The translations under genes were made by a program, and so were the position numbers. Under the pieces are notes generated by a model. That model did not search any database. It was not told the origin of the DNA and saw nothing but the letters and a program-made list of their open reading frames with translations. A stretch of DNA of 64,000 nucleotides from contig CBDDDZ010000002.1 in NCBI GenBank assembly GCA_965226795.1, forward strand, positions 1-64,000, given 5' to 3'. The first letter of the stretch is position 1. Each line of letters starts with the position of its first letter. This DNA comes from Candidatus Latescibacterota bacterium. Its GTDB lineage: Bacteria > Latescibacterota > UBA2968 > GCA-2709665. Positions 48,981 to 59,516 of the stretch are shown here, one piece after another.

Positions 48981-49781
48981 CTACGCCGCGACCTGTTCGG
49001 GCATCAATGCGTCCTCTCCAAAGATCGTCGAGAATGAGGCCTTACGGCTTGACCGGGTTCGCGCGTCAATATAACATACGCTGAATGCCCGCCTGGCAAT
49101 ATCCATCCGGTTCACGCCGGACCGGTGCAGCAGCCAGTTGTGGAGAATCACGACCTCTCCGGGCTTCATCGTCAGGTCCACGATCCTGTCGTCGGGACAC
49201 AATTCCCGTTCCTGTTCCCCCGTAATGGTATGTCCCTGCTCGCTCAGAATCCCCAACTGATGCGAACCCGGCACCACCTGCACGCATCCATTCTCCGGTT
49301 TGGCCGGATCCAGCGCCGTCCAGACGGTGACCAGCGGGTCCCGATCCAGATGCCACGAACCCCCGCCGTCCTGATGCCAGGGCAGGTCGGAACCCTGTTG
49401 CGCCGGTTTGTTCATGAACATCGCCCGGAAACAGGCGATGGACGCATGGGCTCCGTAGACATACGCGCAGATTTCCCTGAAAATCGGCTTCTCCAAATAA
49501 GCGAGAAATAATGCATCGTACTCCAGTCCCTGAATCTTCCGATAACCCAGACTCGCGCCCTGATGGCCGATTCCTCCTCCCTTCACATCTTCATAATGGT
49601 CCGTGTTCGGATCCAGTTGCATCGTCAACCGTCCATATTCCAGCGGCGCCTCCCCCAGCATAATCTCGTCGATTCGCCGCTGCAACCCGGCCAGTTCCCC
49701 GCTGCTGCACTGCCTGCCGATTTTCAAAAACCCGTCCCGGTGGTAATTGCTCCACTGGTCCTGCGAAATCATCCGCTGCAT
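48981..49781 (-). CDS. Phytanoyl-CoA dioxygenase (PhyH) family
   Basis: PWHQD, ENGCVQVVPGSH, LLHRSG..RRA; start may be GTG 49856. Confidence 0.88.
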   Translation of the reverse strand: MQRMISQDQWSNYHRDGFLKIGRQCSSGELAGLQRRIDEIMLGEAPLEYGRLTMQLDPNTDHYEDVKGGGIGHQGASLGYRKIQGLEYDALFLAYLEKPIFREICAYVYGAHASIACFRAMFMNKPAQQGSDLPWHQDGGGSWHLDRDPLVTVWTALDPAKPENGCVQVVPGSHQLGILSEQGHTITGEQERELCPDDRIVDLTMKPGEVVILHNWLLHRSGVNRMDIARRAFSVCYIDARTRSSRKASFSTIFGEDALMPEQVAA

Positions 49782-49852
49782 ATGGTTATCCCCCGCTGTT
49801 GTATAAAAATAACGGGCGCCCATGCGGTTGGCCCTGTGCCACACGGTCGACG

Positions 49853-51427
49853 TCACGACGCGGATGCCAACCGGCCCCGTACAACCTGCTTCTGAATTTT
49901 ACCGACCGACGTTCTCGGCAACGCATCCACAAACTCGATCCGGTCCGGCACCTTGAACGCCGCGAGCCGTTTCGCGCAATAGGACCGTATGGCTTCACCG
50001 CTCAGAACTGCTTCCGGTTTCGACACGACGGCCGCAACGACGCGTTCGTCCCGAATCTCGTCAGGCAGGCCCACAACGCAGACATCGGTGACACCTTCGC
50101 ATTCCTGAATCACGCCCTCCACTTCGATGCTGGAGATATTTTCTCCGGCACGCCTGATCAGATCCTTTCCCCGATCCAGAAAATACAGAAACCCTTCTTC
50201 ATCCGCACGAACCGTATCCCCTGAATACAGCCAGGTCCCGTCCGGATGGCTTCGCAGGGTTTCGGCCGTTGCCCGGGGGTTTTTCAGATAACCCAGCATG
50301 ATCGTTCGTCCCGGAATCCCCTTCACAATCACTTCGCCGGGCGTGCCGGCACCCGCCTCCTCACCCGTTTCGTCCACCACCTTCACTTCATACCCGGGCA
50401 CCGGCTTCCCCATTGCAGCGAGGTTGCGACCGCCCGTCAACGGACTCATCACGGGGAGGCCGCACGTTTCCGTCATCCCCCACAACTGCTGCAACGGCGA
50501 CCTGAACCGTCGATGCCAGGACTCGTACTGCACCGGAGTCAGATTCTGGGCGAACGTGATGTTCCGCATCCCATGGGCCGCGTCGGTCTTCCGCTCCGGC
50601 TGGTTCAGCAGCATCCGCAACAATGCTCCGAACATGGCGGCCATGGTGCAGCCGTATTCGATGGCCTGTTCAAAAAACCGGCTCGCGCTGAACCGGGCCA
50701 TCACCGCCACGCTCGCGCCGGTCACGAGGGACGGCCACAACGCGTGGCATTGCGCCCCCGCGTGAAAGAGCGGAAGCGCCACCAGGTGCCGGTCCTCCCG
50801 CCGCAAACCGGAACACGCAGCGAACACCTCGGCGCCGTAGACGAAGCAGGCGTTGGTCAGCATCACCCCTTTGGGCCGCGACGTGGTACCCGACGTATAT
50901 AGGAGTTGCACGACACGCTCCGCCGCACCGGCCCCATCCGGCGGTTCGACGCTCTGTCCGGACAGTGCTTCTTCATAAACCGGGTATTCACCGGGTACAC
51001 CTTCGCCCGTATTGCACACCACCGGAACGATATTTGAATCCGCCGCAACCCGGTTCGCCGCCTCCAGGCATCCTGCCTCCGTAAACATCAACTTGCTCTC
51101 GGAATGCCCTACCAGGTACGCCAGTTCATCCGCGGTAGAAGCCGGATTCGTGGGCATTGCCGTTGCGCCCAGGTACGATGCGGAAAGTATCAGCTGCGCG
51201 TAGGCGGGATGGTTGGACAGATGCAGATTGAAAACGTCTCCCTCACGGATTCCCATCTCACGCAGGAGATTGGCCGCCTGATGAACGCTCTGCAGGAACG
51301 CGGCGTACGTCCATCGGAAAACGCGCCCGTCTCCCCGTTCGTACACCATCCACTCCCGATCCGGCTGTTTCCCGGCGAAACCCGCGAAATCCAGGTACAG
51401 CGTTCGATCCGCCGCAACGTCGATCAT
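49853..51427 (-). CDS. Acyl-CoA ligase (CaiC-like)
   Basis: YTSGTTSRPKG, WGMTET, GENISSIEVE, PRTSVGK. Confidence 0.9.
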   Translation of the reverse strand: MIDVAADRTLYLDFAGFAGKQPDREWMVYERGDGRVFRWTYAAFLQSVHQAANLLREMGIREGDVFNLHLSNHPAYAQLILSASYLGATAMPTNPASTADELAYLVGHSESKLMFTEAGCLEAANRVAADSNIVPVVCNTGEGVPGEYPVYEEALSGQSVEPPDGAGAAERVVQLLYTSGTTSRPKGVMLTNACFVYGAEVFAACSGLRREDRHLVALPLFHAGAQCHALWPSLVTGASVAVMARFSASRFFEQAIEYGCTMAAMFGALLRMLLNQPERKTDAAHGMRNITFAQNLTPVQYESWHRRFRSPLQQLWGMTETCGLPVMSPLTGGRNLAAMGKPVPGYEVKVVDETGEEAGAGTPGEVIVKGIPGRTIMLGYLKNPRATAETLRSHPDGTWLYSGDTVRADEEGFLYFLDRGKDLIRRAGENISSIEVEGVIQECEGVTDVCVVGLPDEIRDERVVAAVVSKPEAVLSGEAIRSYCAKRLAAFKVPDRIEFVDALPRTSVGKIQKQVVRGRLASAS

Positions 51428-52176
51428 CGGTTTTTCTTCCGTGCAATGAACGCGGCCACGTTCGCGCGGGCTTCGTCCGTACCGAAACAAAGCTCGAAGG
51501 CCTCTGACGCGGCGGTATCCCACCTTGCGTCGCGAGGCGAGGATATCCGGTTCAGCAGGGCCTTGGTCTCTCTCAGCGCCACCGGCGGAAACGACGCGAG
51601 ACGCAGCGCAAATGCCCTGACCCGATCCCTCAACGCGTCGTCCGCAACGCAGTCGTGCACCAGGCCGAGACACTTTGCCTCGTCGCCGGTTACCGTCTCG
51701 CACCCCATCGCGATCCACCTTGCGGCCGCTCCGCCAACGACGTCGACCAGCCGTCCGATCCCCCACGGCGGCGTCCATCCCAGTTTCACTTCCGGCATCC
51801 CCAGCCTTGCCGATACAGCTGCGATCCGGAAGTCATGATACAGCGCCATTCCCACTCCGCCGCCGAGTACGTAACCGCGCAACATGGCGACGGTCGGTTG
51901 GGGTATCGCATCCAACAGGGCGAATGCATTCTCATGTTCCCGTTCCACGGCCGCGGCCTCCGCGGGAGGCAACTCCGCCAGGTCCGCCAGATCACTCCCC
52001 GCACAGAACGCCCGACCCGCGCCTTCGGTTACCACTACCCGGACGTCCTCCCGTTCGCGCATCCCTGCAAGGTGCGCGGCCAGCGCCCGCACACTTCCGA
52101 GATCCATCGCGTTCAACACCTCGGGCCGGTTCAGCGTCAGCCAGGCAATTCCGTTTTCAATCGTAAGGTCGATCAT
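51424..52176 (-). CDS. Enoyl-CoA hydratase/isomerase
   Basis: LNRPEVLNA, AFCAGSDL, GMPEVKLG. Confidence 0.9.
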   Translation of the reverse strand: MIDLTIENGIAWLTLNRPEVLNAMDLGSVRALAAHLAGMREREDVRVVVTEGAGRAFCAGSDLADLAELPPAEAAAVEREHENAFALLDAIPQPTVAMLRGYVLGGGVGMALYHDFRIAAVSARLGMPEVKLGWTPPWGIGRLVDVVGGAAARWIAMGCETVTGDEAKCLGLVHDCVADDALRDRVRAFALRLASFPPVALRETKALLNRISSPRDARWDTAASEAFELCFGTDEARANVAAFIARKKNR

Positions 52177-52183
52177 CGCAGTC

Positions 52184-52678
52184 TTATGTGTATTTCTTCG
52201 GATAATCGTACGATACCATCCGCCCGACACCGCCCGATACCTGCGCCCAGGAATCGACCTCCAGATCTACGCAACACACGGCGCAGGTTTGCATATAAAC
52301 GGCCGAATCTGAAGCGAGATGACCGGCCAACTCCGAAAAGCCCGGATTGTGTCCTACCACGATCACTTCGCCACAAACATCCGGGAGCTCCCTCACCACG
52401 CCAATCAGATCGTGCAGGCTCGCATGGTAAATCGCCATCTCCTCAATGATTCTCCCCGTTGGGATTCCCAATGCCTTCGCAATCGCGCGGGCCGTTTTTA
52501 CGGCACGTTTTGCAGGACTCGAGACGATAATATCGGGTTTCGCCCCGTCTTTTTTCAGACGCGTGCCCATTAACGGCGCGTCCTGCTTGCCGCGTTTGTT
52601 CAACGGGCGATCGAAATCACTCAGCCCCGGATCGCTCCAACTCGACTTCGCATGCCGGATCACATAAAGCCGTTTCAT
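52184..52678 (-). CDS. SixA-like phosphohistidine phosphatase
   Basis: IRHAKSSW, DRPLNKRG, SSPAKRA, VGHNPG. Confidence 0.88.
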   Translation of the reverse strand: MKRLYVIRHAKSSWSDPGLSDFDRPLNKRGKQDAPLMGTRLKKDGAKPDIIVSSPAKRAVKTARAIAKALGIPTGRIIEEMAIYHASLHDLIGVVRELPDVCGEVIVVGHNPGFSELAGHLASDSAVYMQTCAVCCVDLEVDSWAQVSGGVGRMVSYDYPKKYT

Positions 52679-52736
52679 ACAGTACCGCCCCCAACTCGTA
52701 TCGATGATAGCTCTGTGCGGACTTGATGCGGTCGGT

Positions 52737-54800
52737 CTACGATGTTTCCGTCTTTTTCAAAGGATTGTCCGAGGAGATATCCCGGGCGCGCGCCGGGGAT
52801 CGACGGACAGCGTCGTCCCGTGCCAGGTCTGGCAGCGGGTGTGGCATTTCCGGATCGGGCGCCGGTCTGTTGGAATCCCAGACCAGCCTGGGACCGCCTT
52901 CAAGCCCTCGAATATGTCCCGTCTCCCTCTCCCGCGGGTATCCCAGACAATGAGAAACATAAGTCACGCCGTCAATCTCGCGAAAACGGTTTCGATGCTG
53001 ATGACCGTAAACGTGAATGGTGGACCCCAGTCGCCGAACCTGTGCATCCAGACGCCCGCACCCGGCCACCCGGCTGAAGTTGAACGCGGGATGGGGATCC
53101 GCCAACGATTTGCCGGACAGCCATTGTTCGGGTATGCCGGATATCAGTTCCCGTCTTGGCAGGAAGTGGCTGAACGAAATTACCGGCGCATCGTATTCCC
53201 CCAAGACGTAGCTCTCGTTCACGCGAAGGAAAAATTCCGCGGCCGGCCTCGCGGTCCCCGGCCATCTGACGAAGTGGTCATCGCTCCACATTGACAGTGT
53301 CATGTCTTCGCCAACCTTGAGTCCCCTCCGAAAACGGGGGTTATAAAAGCCCAGGGTTGGGTATTGTGATTTAGCGTGTGGCGACGATATAACGTGTAGG
53401 TGCGGCAAATCAACTCAGGGTCAACCGAAGTTGCTCAGGGCGTATGGTATGGAGGTTTTTCGCAAGAAAACCCCTCTTATGCGAGCGGGTGTTGTGAGGT
53501 GTTTTTGATCCGAACCAGGTTGACCCATAGGGCACGACAGTGCGCCCACAATTGGTGTGGCCTGTCGGATAGCGCGTCAGTTCCCGTCGACATTGTTGCT
53601 CGGCGGAAGTTTCGATGTGCTGTTCTTTAAAGTATGACCATGATGATTTTGTATTTTCCCGGTTTGTACTATGTGAACCTCTCCGGTTTGTTGATCAATG
53701 ACGGTGACGCCGTCTTCTGTGCGTTCATAAATGAAACGTCCTGGGGTTCCTTGCAGGCCCGAATTGCTTGTCCTGTTCTTTTGCATACTCGGCGTTGGAT
53801 TGACGCCCCATCCATTGACACTTCCAAGACGCCACCTGTTGCGTCCGCTCGATGGACAAACGCATTGTCCGTCGTCGCGGTTTGACGTCAACGTCCGTGA
53901 TCAAATTGAGGCCGTCCTCACCACAGGTCTCGGTGAGGTTGGTATCCTTTGACCGTCCTTCCCTTTCCTGACAGATGCAAGGAGGATGAGGGATCATCGC
54001 TCCGATAAAACGATTGACAGTGTCCATCGCTTGTCTTCGCCAATTGTTCGGGTATGACCATATACAACCTGATCGGGTCACCTTGAGTTCCCGTCTTCCA
54101 ACGACCCCCAGAACGCAGCAACTCACCACCAACTGCAACGACAACACAGGGCAATGTTCGATCCGATCGAACTTACTGTCCATTCGAGAGGGCGACCCAA
54201 TACACCATACAGCGCCATCTGCCAATATTCCCGGCCCTGCCGTAGGTCTCGTTCACGCGAATCGATAGAATTCCGCGGCCGGCCTCGCGACGTCCCCGGC
54301 CATCTGACGAAGTGGTCTTGAAATCGCTCCACATCCGGTTGGCTGCATGACAGAGACCCGCGGGGTCGGCCAACCTTGGGTACATATAAACTGTCGGGTC
54401 CCTCCTCGGGTTTCATATACCACGAAAAGAGAGGGACGATCCACACGCCATTGCCATTTCCGGCCCTGCCGGGTCGCGTCCTGACATCGAGACTGTCGCA
54501 AAGGGCAAGCACCCGATCGAATTTTCCCAGAGACCCGCGGGGCGGCCCCGTTCCCCGGATCCACAACTCATGGTTTCCCGGGACGAAAAAAACGCTCGCG
54601 AACCTGGAGCGCAAACCGGCCAGTGCAGACGCCAACCGGTCCATGCGGTCGCTCACGTCTCCGGCCAGAATCAATACATCCCGCTGGAAATCGGACTCGG
54701 AGAGCGCCTGGATCCAGGTCAGATTCAGCCCCGAGTCCACGTGGACGTCCGACAGCGCGAAAACGCGCCCCCCGTCTTCGTTTTTCTCGCCCATGACCAT
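52737..54800 (-). pseudogene. Metallophosphoesterase interrupted by IS-derived sequence
   Basis: SDVHVD, AGDVSD, PGNHE in the 5' part; FSHFLP, YGHQH, LGYPRE in the 3' part; halves join at YVP/KVGEDMTL. Confidence 0.85.
53319..54240 (-). mobile_element. Garbled or degenerate relative of the 22426-24240 IS
   Basis: IR GAGTCCCCTCCGAAAA at 53319; fragments NLTETCGEDGLNLITDVDVKP and GLQGTPGRFIYER; many short deletions. Confidence 0.8.
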
Positions 54801-54909
54801 CTCTCGTTCAGACCGGAGACAAGGAACCGCACACCGTCGGCCGGCGCCCCCGGGAATGCCCTCACGGCATTCCGACGAAATCACAAGAACCGAAGCGGAC
54901 TTGCCTGCT

Positions 54910-55560
54910 TTATCCCGCCATCACCCGGCACACCGCCCGGGAACCGGCGTCGCAGTACCAGAACGCCCCGTCCCACATCGTCATCCCGTGCGGCTCAGGA
55001 TAGTCTTCGGGAATCTTGATCTTTTCGCGGATCGCTCCATTCGCCGCGTTCAACCGGTAAATTGCACGGTGACCGGTTTCGACACACCAGAGGTCGCTGC
55101 CCTCCCACGCGATACCGTGCGGCCTTTCCCCGGGAGCGGGAATCGAGTGTACCACTTCGAAGCCGCGCTCCGGATCCACCTCATATATCGTCGCCGACGG
55201 CGGCACGGCCATCCACAGGCGTCCGTCGCGCATCTCCAGGCCGTGGGCCCCTGTCACATCCGCGCCAGGGGTATCGAAGTGTTGCAATGTTTCGCCGTTC
55301 TGCCGATCTATTCGAAGTATCTGCCGGTTATAGGTGGATGCCAGCCACAGCGCCGACTCCGACTCCGTAATCCCGCTCCCGCGATCCGACCCCGTATCCA
55401 TTGTCTTTAATACTTCACCCGAGAAGGAAACCAGATCAACCTGGTTCGTTTTCTGATCCAGAATCCAGATTCCGTCCCGCGTTGCCTGCATGCCGTTCGG
55501 CTGCGGCCCGGGCGCGTCGAATTCGTGTGTAATTTCCACCATGTCAGCATTCCATGTCAC
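54910..55560 (-). CDS. Small beta-propeller protein (glutaminyl cyclase/YncE-like)
   Basis: Five repeats of 'PG..PHG+.W.G..LW'. Confidence 0.75.
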   Translation of the reverse strand: MTWNADMVEITHEFDAPGPQPNGMQATRDGIWILDQKTNQVDLVSFSGEVLKTMDTGSDRGSGITESESALWLASTYNRQILRIDRQNGETLQHFDTPGADVTGAHGLEMRDGRLWMAVPPSATIYEVDPERGFEVVHSIPAPGERPHGIAWEGSDLWCVETGHRAIYRLNAANGAIREKIKIPEDYPEPHGMTMWDGAFWYCDAGSRAVCRVMAG

Positions 55561-55615
55561 TCGATTATTCCTTTCCGCGATTCGTCCTCGTCCAGTCTAA
55601 TTCACCCCGGACGCG

Positions 55616-56440
55616 CTACGCCACCTTCGTTGACGCCATATTCATCAATCCGATAATGCTGTCGGGGTGCTCGTCGCGGGTACGGAATCCCGGGGTATCG
55701 CCGCGCCTTCTGTAGCGTGCGGTACGAACGTAAGGCGGATTCATTTCAGGGTATCGGAAAGCCGCCCGATTCGTCTTCAGCTTCTCGATCGCCTCATGGG
55801 CTCCATCGCGGATCAGCGCGCGGGACCTCGCCGGCGCAAGGTTGACAGCGCTCAGCTTCGCGCGGCCGTACGCTTCGGCATCCAGATCATCCAGACCGTC
55901 GGGAAGCAGACCGCGCTTGACGCCCACCGTTACCACGCCGGGCGTAAGCGCCTCCGCCTCCTTCGCAAATGCCTGTTCGCCCGCCGCGAAAATCGTGGGC
56001 ACTCCCAGTTCCATCGCACACAACACGAGTTGCCCGTATTCACCAATCGAAATCCCGTTGATCGCATAGTCCACGCAGGCGAAACTTCCCGTATGGGTCA
56101 GGTGCGAATAGGGTGTACCCGCCTTCGCGTGCTGCCCCACGTATGCCAGGCCCTGGTAAGACCCATCCAGACTCCAGGGCCAGATCGGATCCGCGTGGCC
56201 CCGCATCACCTGAGCGCGCTCGTCCAGCAGCTCAGGATCCATCGCACCGTGCCCGTGTCCGTCGACTACCAGGATCTCTTCCGCGCCGCCTTCGCAAAAC
56301 CCGTCCACCGCGGCGTTAACCTCCAGCGTCAGGAGTCTCTTCGCTTTATCGTAATACATCGCGCCCGGCGTGCACCAGTCCTCGAAATTGAGAATGCCCG
56401 CCACGCCCTCCAGATCCGTCATAAGCATCAGCTTCACCAT
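55616..56440 (-). CDS. M55 (DppA-like) D-aminopeptidase
   Basis: DLEGVAG, EVNAAVDG, DGHG, GQHAKAG, HT, IGE. Confidence 0.88.
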   Translation of the reverse strand: MVKLMLMTDLEGVAGILNFEDWCTPGAMYYDKAKRLLTLEVNAAVDGFCEGGAEEILVVDGHGHGAMDPELLDERAQVMRGHADPIWPWSLDGSYQGLAYVGQHAKAGTPYSHLTHTGSFACVDYAINGISIGEYGQLVLCAMELGVPTIFAAGEQAFAKEAEALTPGVVTVGVKRGLLPDGLDDLDAEAYGRAKLSAVNLAPARSRALIRDGAHEAIEKLKTNRAAFRYPEMNPPYVRTARYRRRGDTPGFRTRDEHPDSIIGLMNMASTKVA

Positions 56441-56477
56441 CGATCTCCCGTTACTATGAATTTATCGCAATGCATGT

Positions 56478-57671
56478 TCACGCCTGGCGCCCGACCCAGA
56501 GGTCGTTAAAGCCCGTCACGGGCCCGTCGTTTTTCGGTCCGCTTGCCAGGTCCAGCCCGCCGAACAGATACACCGATTCATCCAGGGCCACCATGCCCGG
56601 CACCCGCCGTACGCCCGGATACGCCGCGGATTCCGAGTAGTCTTTCGATCCGTCGTGCGCCTGGAGGCAGGTCCAGTCCCCGGTATTCAGATTCACACAC
56701 CAGAGATCGTTCAGTTGCGGTCCATTCACTTCTTCCGGCATGAAGGTACCCTGCGGTCCGAACCCGCCGAAAACGTACCATCGATCTCCTATCCGGGCCG
56801 AACCCTGGCCGTAACGGGCGGAAGGCCGGTTTGCCGCCTCGAAGTCATTTTTCGCGAGGCAGGTCCATACCCGGGTATCCGGATCGAACCGCCAGAGATC
56901 GTTATGGAATTGCGGATCCCGGTCCTGCGTATCCCGTCCTCCCCAAAGATATATACGACCCTGGCAGGCCGTCATCGACGCGACGTACCGTTTCGGCGGC
57001 CAGGCCGCGTCATCCGCTGTTTCGATCCGCTCCCACGTCCCCGTACCCGTATCGTAAGTCCAGAGTTGCCTGCTCAGCACCGCGGTCTCCACCGTCGGTG
57101 GAAGCGGCGCCCGGTGGCCCCATCCGCCGAACAGATAGATCTTCCTCCCGATAACGGCCGTTCCGAACCCACCCATGGTGGTCGGCCGACCCCGACCCGC
57201 GCAGTCAGGGTGCTCCATCAGGAGGCCGTCGTCGGGCTCGAGCAGCGTCCAGCGCGCTTCCGCAGGATCGTACATCCACAGGTCGTTCAACAGGGTGAAC
57301 TTCCATCCCTCGCTCAGGATCGACAACCCGCCGAACAAATAGAACCGGTCGTCTATTTCAACCCATGCCGGCAACATGCGAGCGCACGGACGTTCTGCCG
57401 AGATGTCGAACCCGGCCGCACCGTCGTTCTCTTCCAGCCGGGTCCATTTCCCGACCGACGGATCGTACGCCCACAGGTCGTTCAGTGCGCCCAGCGTGGA
57501 CTTGTTGCCCTGTCCGGACGACGCGCCGTATCTGAGCGTACCGCCACCAAACATGAAGATCCGTCCATGGTAGGCCAGCATGGCGCCAGGCGCCTCCCTG
57601 GCACAGGGCACGTCGACATCTGTCGACTCGACCTCCGGATGACAGAGGCGCCATTTGAATGTTGAACTCAT
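56478..57671 (-). CDS. Kelch-repeat protein
   Basis: Six FGG/WGG ... NDLW.YDP...W blades. Confidence 0.88.
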   Translation of the reverse strand: MSSTFKWRLCHPEVESTDVDVPCAREAPGAMLAYHGRIFMFGGGTLRYGASSGQGNKSTLGALNDLWAYDPSVGKWTRLEENDGAAGFDISAERPCARMLPAWVEIDDRFYLFGGLSILSEGWKFTLLNDLWMYDPAEARWTLLEPDDGLLMEHPDCAGRGRPTTMGGFGTAVIGRKIYLFGGWGHRAPLPPTVETAVLSRQLWTYDTGTGTWERIETADDAAWPPKRYVASMTACQGRIYLWGGRDTQDRDPQFHNDLWRFDPDTRVWTCLAKNDFEAANRPSARYGQGSARIGDRWYVFGGFGPQGTFMPEEVNGPQLNDLWCVNLNTGDWTCLQAHDGSKDYSESAAYPGVRRVPGMVALDESVYLFGGLDLASGPKNDGPVTGFNDLWVGRQA

Positions 57672-57729
57672 CTGATTTTCGCGCCGCCTTTCCCGGTTTC
57701 CACGCGTATCCGCGTCGCTTGTCGCCGAA

Positions 57730-59430
57730 TCAGTCCACAACCTTCAGGATCAAACGTGAGGCGTATTTCGCGGTGTGATGGACTTCCTGTGTCGCCGTCA
57801 ACAGTTCGGTCTCAGCGAGGTCGTTCCCGCCGGTATTGTGATTCCGGTCGTGGTTCGGAAAATCGCTGCTGGTGATTTCCAGGCGGATCCGGTGCCCCGC
57901 GAGAAACCTGCAGGCCGTCGGCGTCATGCGGATGCGATACTCTGTTACCTCTCCCGGAGTGATGAAATTCTCCTCGTCCATCGACAGCCGGTGCCGTGCA
58001 CGGACCAGCCCATACGCGACGTCCGTCGCCGGACCTTCCGGAACGTCGTCCACAAGCCGGGCGAAAAAATCGGTGTCCGCCGCCGCCGTCGCCGCGTACA
58101 GCACCACTTCGGGACACCCCACGGTTTCCACTTCAATCTCCAGGGGAGGGGTCCGAAAGATCAGGATGTCCTGGCGGTAATCAAGTATCCTCCTGTCCGA
58201 AGGCTCCGTAAACAACGCCCGCGACCAGAGGGTGGGTACCGGGTCGTTCGGATCGTACTCGTACCTATCGGGTTTCCGGCCAGCACCAGGTTCATCCTGC
58301 AGACGTCCGGACCCCGCGGCCAGGTGCGCGTCGCCGTCGCTGTCCAGATAGTAGTCCGCCCGAATCGTTCCCCCGGGGGGCCAGGTCGCCGCCGACTTCC
58401 ATTTGCCCGAGCCCATCACGAAGTACCGCACCGGCGGTTCCCGGTCCACGCCGTTATCGGTATCCTTCAGCCAGCGGTCGAACCACCGGATCATCCGGTC
58501 CTGCATATCCATTTGGGCCTCAGGCCCGAAGTCGATCCCGCCCTGGCGCCGGTTTCCCAGTCCGCTGTGGTTCCACGGCCCGATAACAAGCCGCGTCTGC
58601 GTTTTTGCAATTTTGGTCCGGCCATGTTTCTGCATCAGCCCGAGGTGCGCCATCGTTCCTCCGCAATGGTCGTACCACCCGCTGAAATCCAGGTTAGGGA
58701 CTTCCACCTCCCGGTGCACCTCGTCGAATTTCCAGCACCTGCGGTTCGGATGCCGCAACCAGTCCTCGGCGTACCCTGCCATTCCTTCGGGCAGATAACG
58801 TGGAAAGTCCAACCATGGCATAAAGTAGAGCCAGCGCATATGCTCGATGTTCTCCCAGATTTCCAGTGCCTCTTCCTTGCGATGGGGCCCGGGTGCGCCC
58901 TCCCGCCTGCGGAGGTCCGGCGCGATTGTGCCCATCCACCACTTGATCCGCCGCCCGGGGCGGAAAGATCCCCACCAGTCCACCTCGGTGTTTTCCAGCG
59001 GAATCGACCAGGCGCACATGGCGACCAGGTGCGGCGGCCGGAGCTTTGCAAGCATCCACTGCATCCAGGCGTTGTAAGACCCACCGAACGTGCCGACCCT
59101 TCCGTTACAGAACGGCTGACGCGCCAGCCACTCGACGCTCTCGTAGCCATCCTGCGCATCCGGGGTGCCGCCCTCAACCGTATAGGGAATATACGTCCCT
59201 TCCGACGCATAGCGGCCGCGGGAATCCTGGGTGACCACCGCATAACCGGACTGGACGAACCGCTCGAATCCGCCCTGAGCTTTTCCATACGGGGTTCGCA
59301 TCAGGAGGCCGGGATACCGTCCCGGGGCATCCGGTCTGAACACGTTGGCACGCAGTACCACACCGTCCGACATTTCGACCGGGACGTTTTTCTCCACAAC
59401 AATCTCCCGTACGTCGTCTTTCTCTGTCAT
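57730..59430 (-). CDS. CocE/NonD family hydrolase
   Basis: RTPYGK, DSRGRYASEG, GGSY, GWYD, IGPWNH. Confidence 0.92.
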   Translation of the reverse strand: MTEKDDVREIVVEKNVPVEMSDGVVLRANVFRPDAPGRYPGLLMRTPYGKAQGGFERFVQSGYAVVTQDSRGRYASEGTYIPYTVEGGTPDAQDGYESVEWLARQPFCNGRVGTFGGSYNAWMQWMLAKLRPPHLVAMCAWSIPLENTEVDWWGSFRPGRRIKWWMGTIAPDLRRREGAPGPHRKEEALEIWENIEHMRWLYFMPWLDFPRYLPEGMAGYAEDWLRHPNRRCWKFDEVHREVEVPNLDFSGWYDHCGGTMAHLGLMQKHGRTKIAKTQTRLVIGPWNHSGLGNRRQGGIDFGPEAQMDMQDRMIRWFDRWLKDTDNGVDREPPVRYFVMGSGKWKSAATWPPGGTIRADYYLDSDGDAHLAAGSGRLQDEPGAGRKPDRYEYDPNDPVPTLWSRALFTEPSDRRILDYRQDILIFRTPPLEIEVETVGCPEVVLYAATAAADTDFFARLVDDVPEGPATDVAYGLVRARHRLSMDEENFITPGEVTEYRIRMTPTACRFLAGHRIRLEITSSDFPNHDRNHNTGGNDLAETELLTATQEVHHTAKYASRLILKVVD

Positions 59431-59516
59431 ATCTCTCCTTATGAATCCGAATTGGTCCGGGCATCCACAGGTCGCGCGGCGCCAGGGTTCAGGGCTGCCG
59501 GGAGGCAATCCGAACG

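Noticed and set aside
49853..51778. Long N-terminal extensions in the ORF track (also 6376, 11849, 15589, 31977, 59619)
   Set aside because: They overlap upstream genes; downstream starts with RBS or stop-start overlaps fit better
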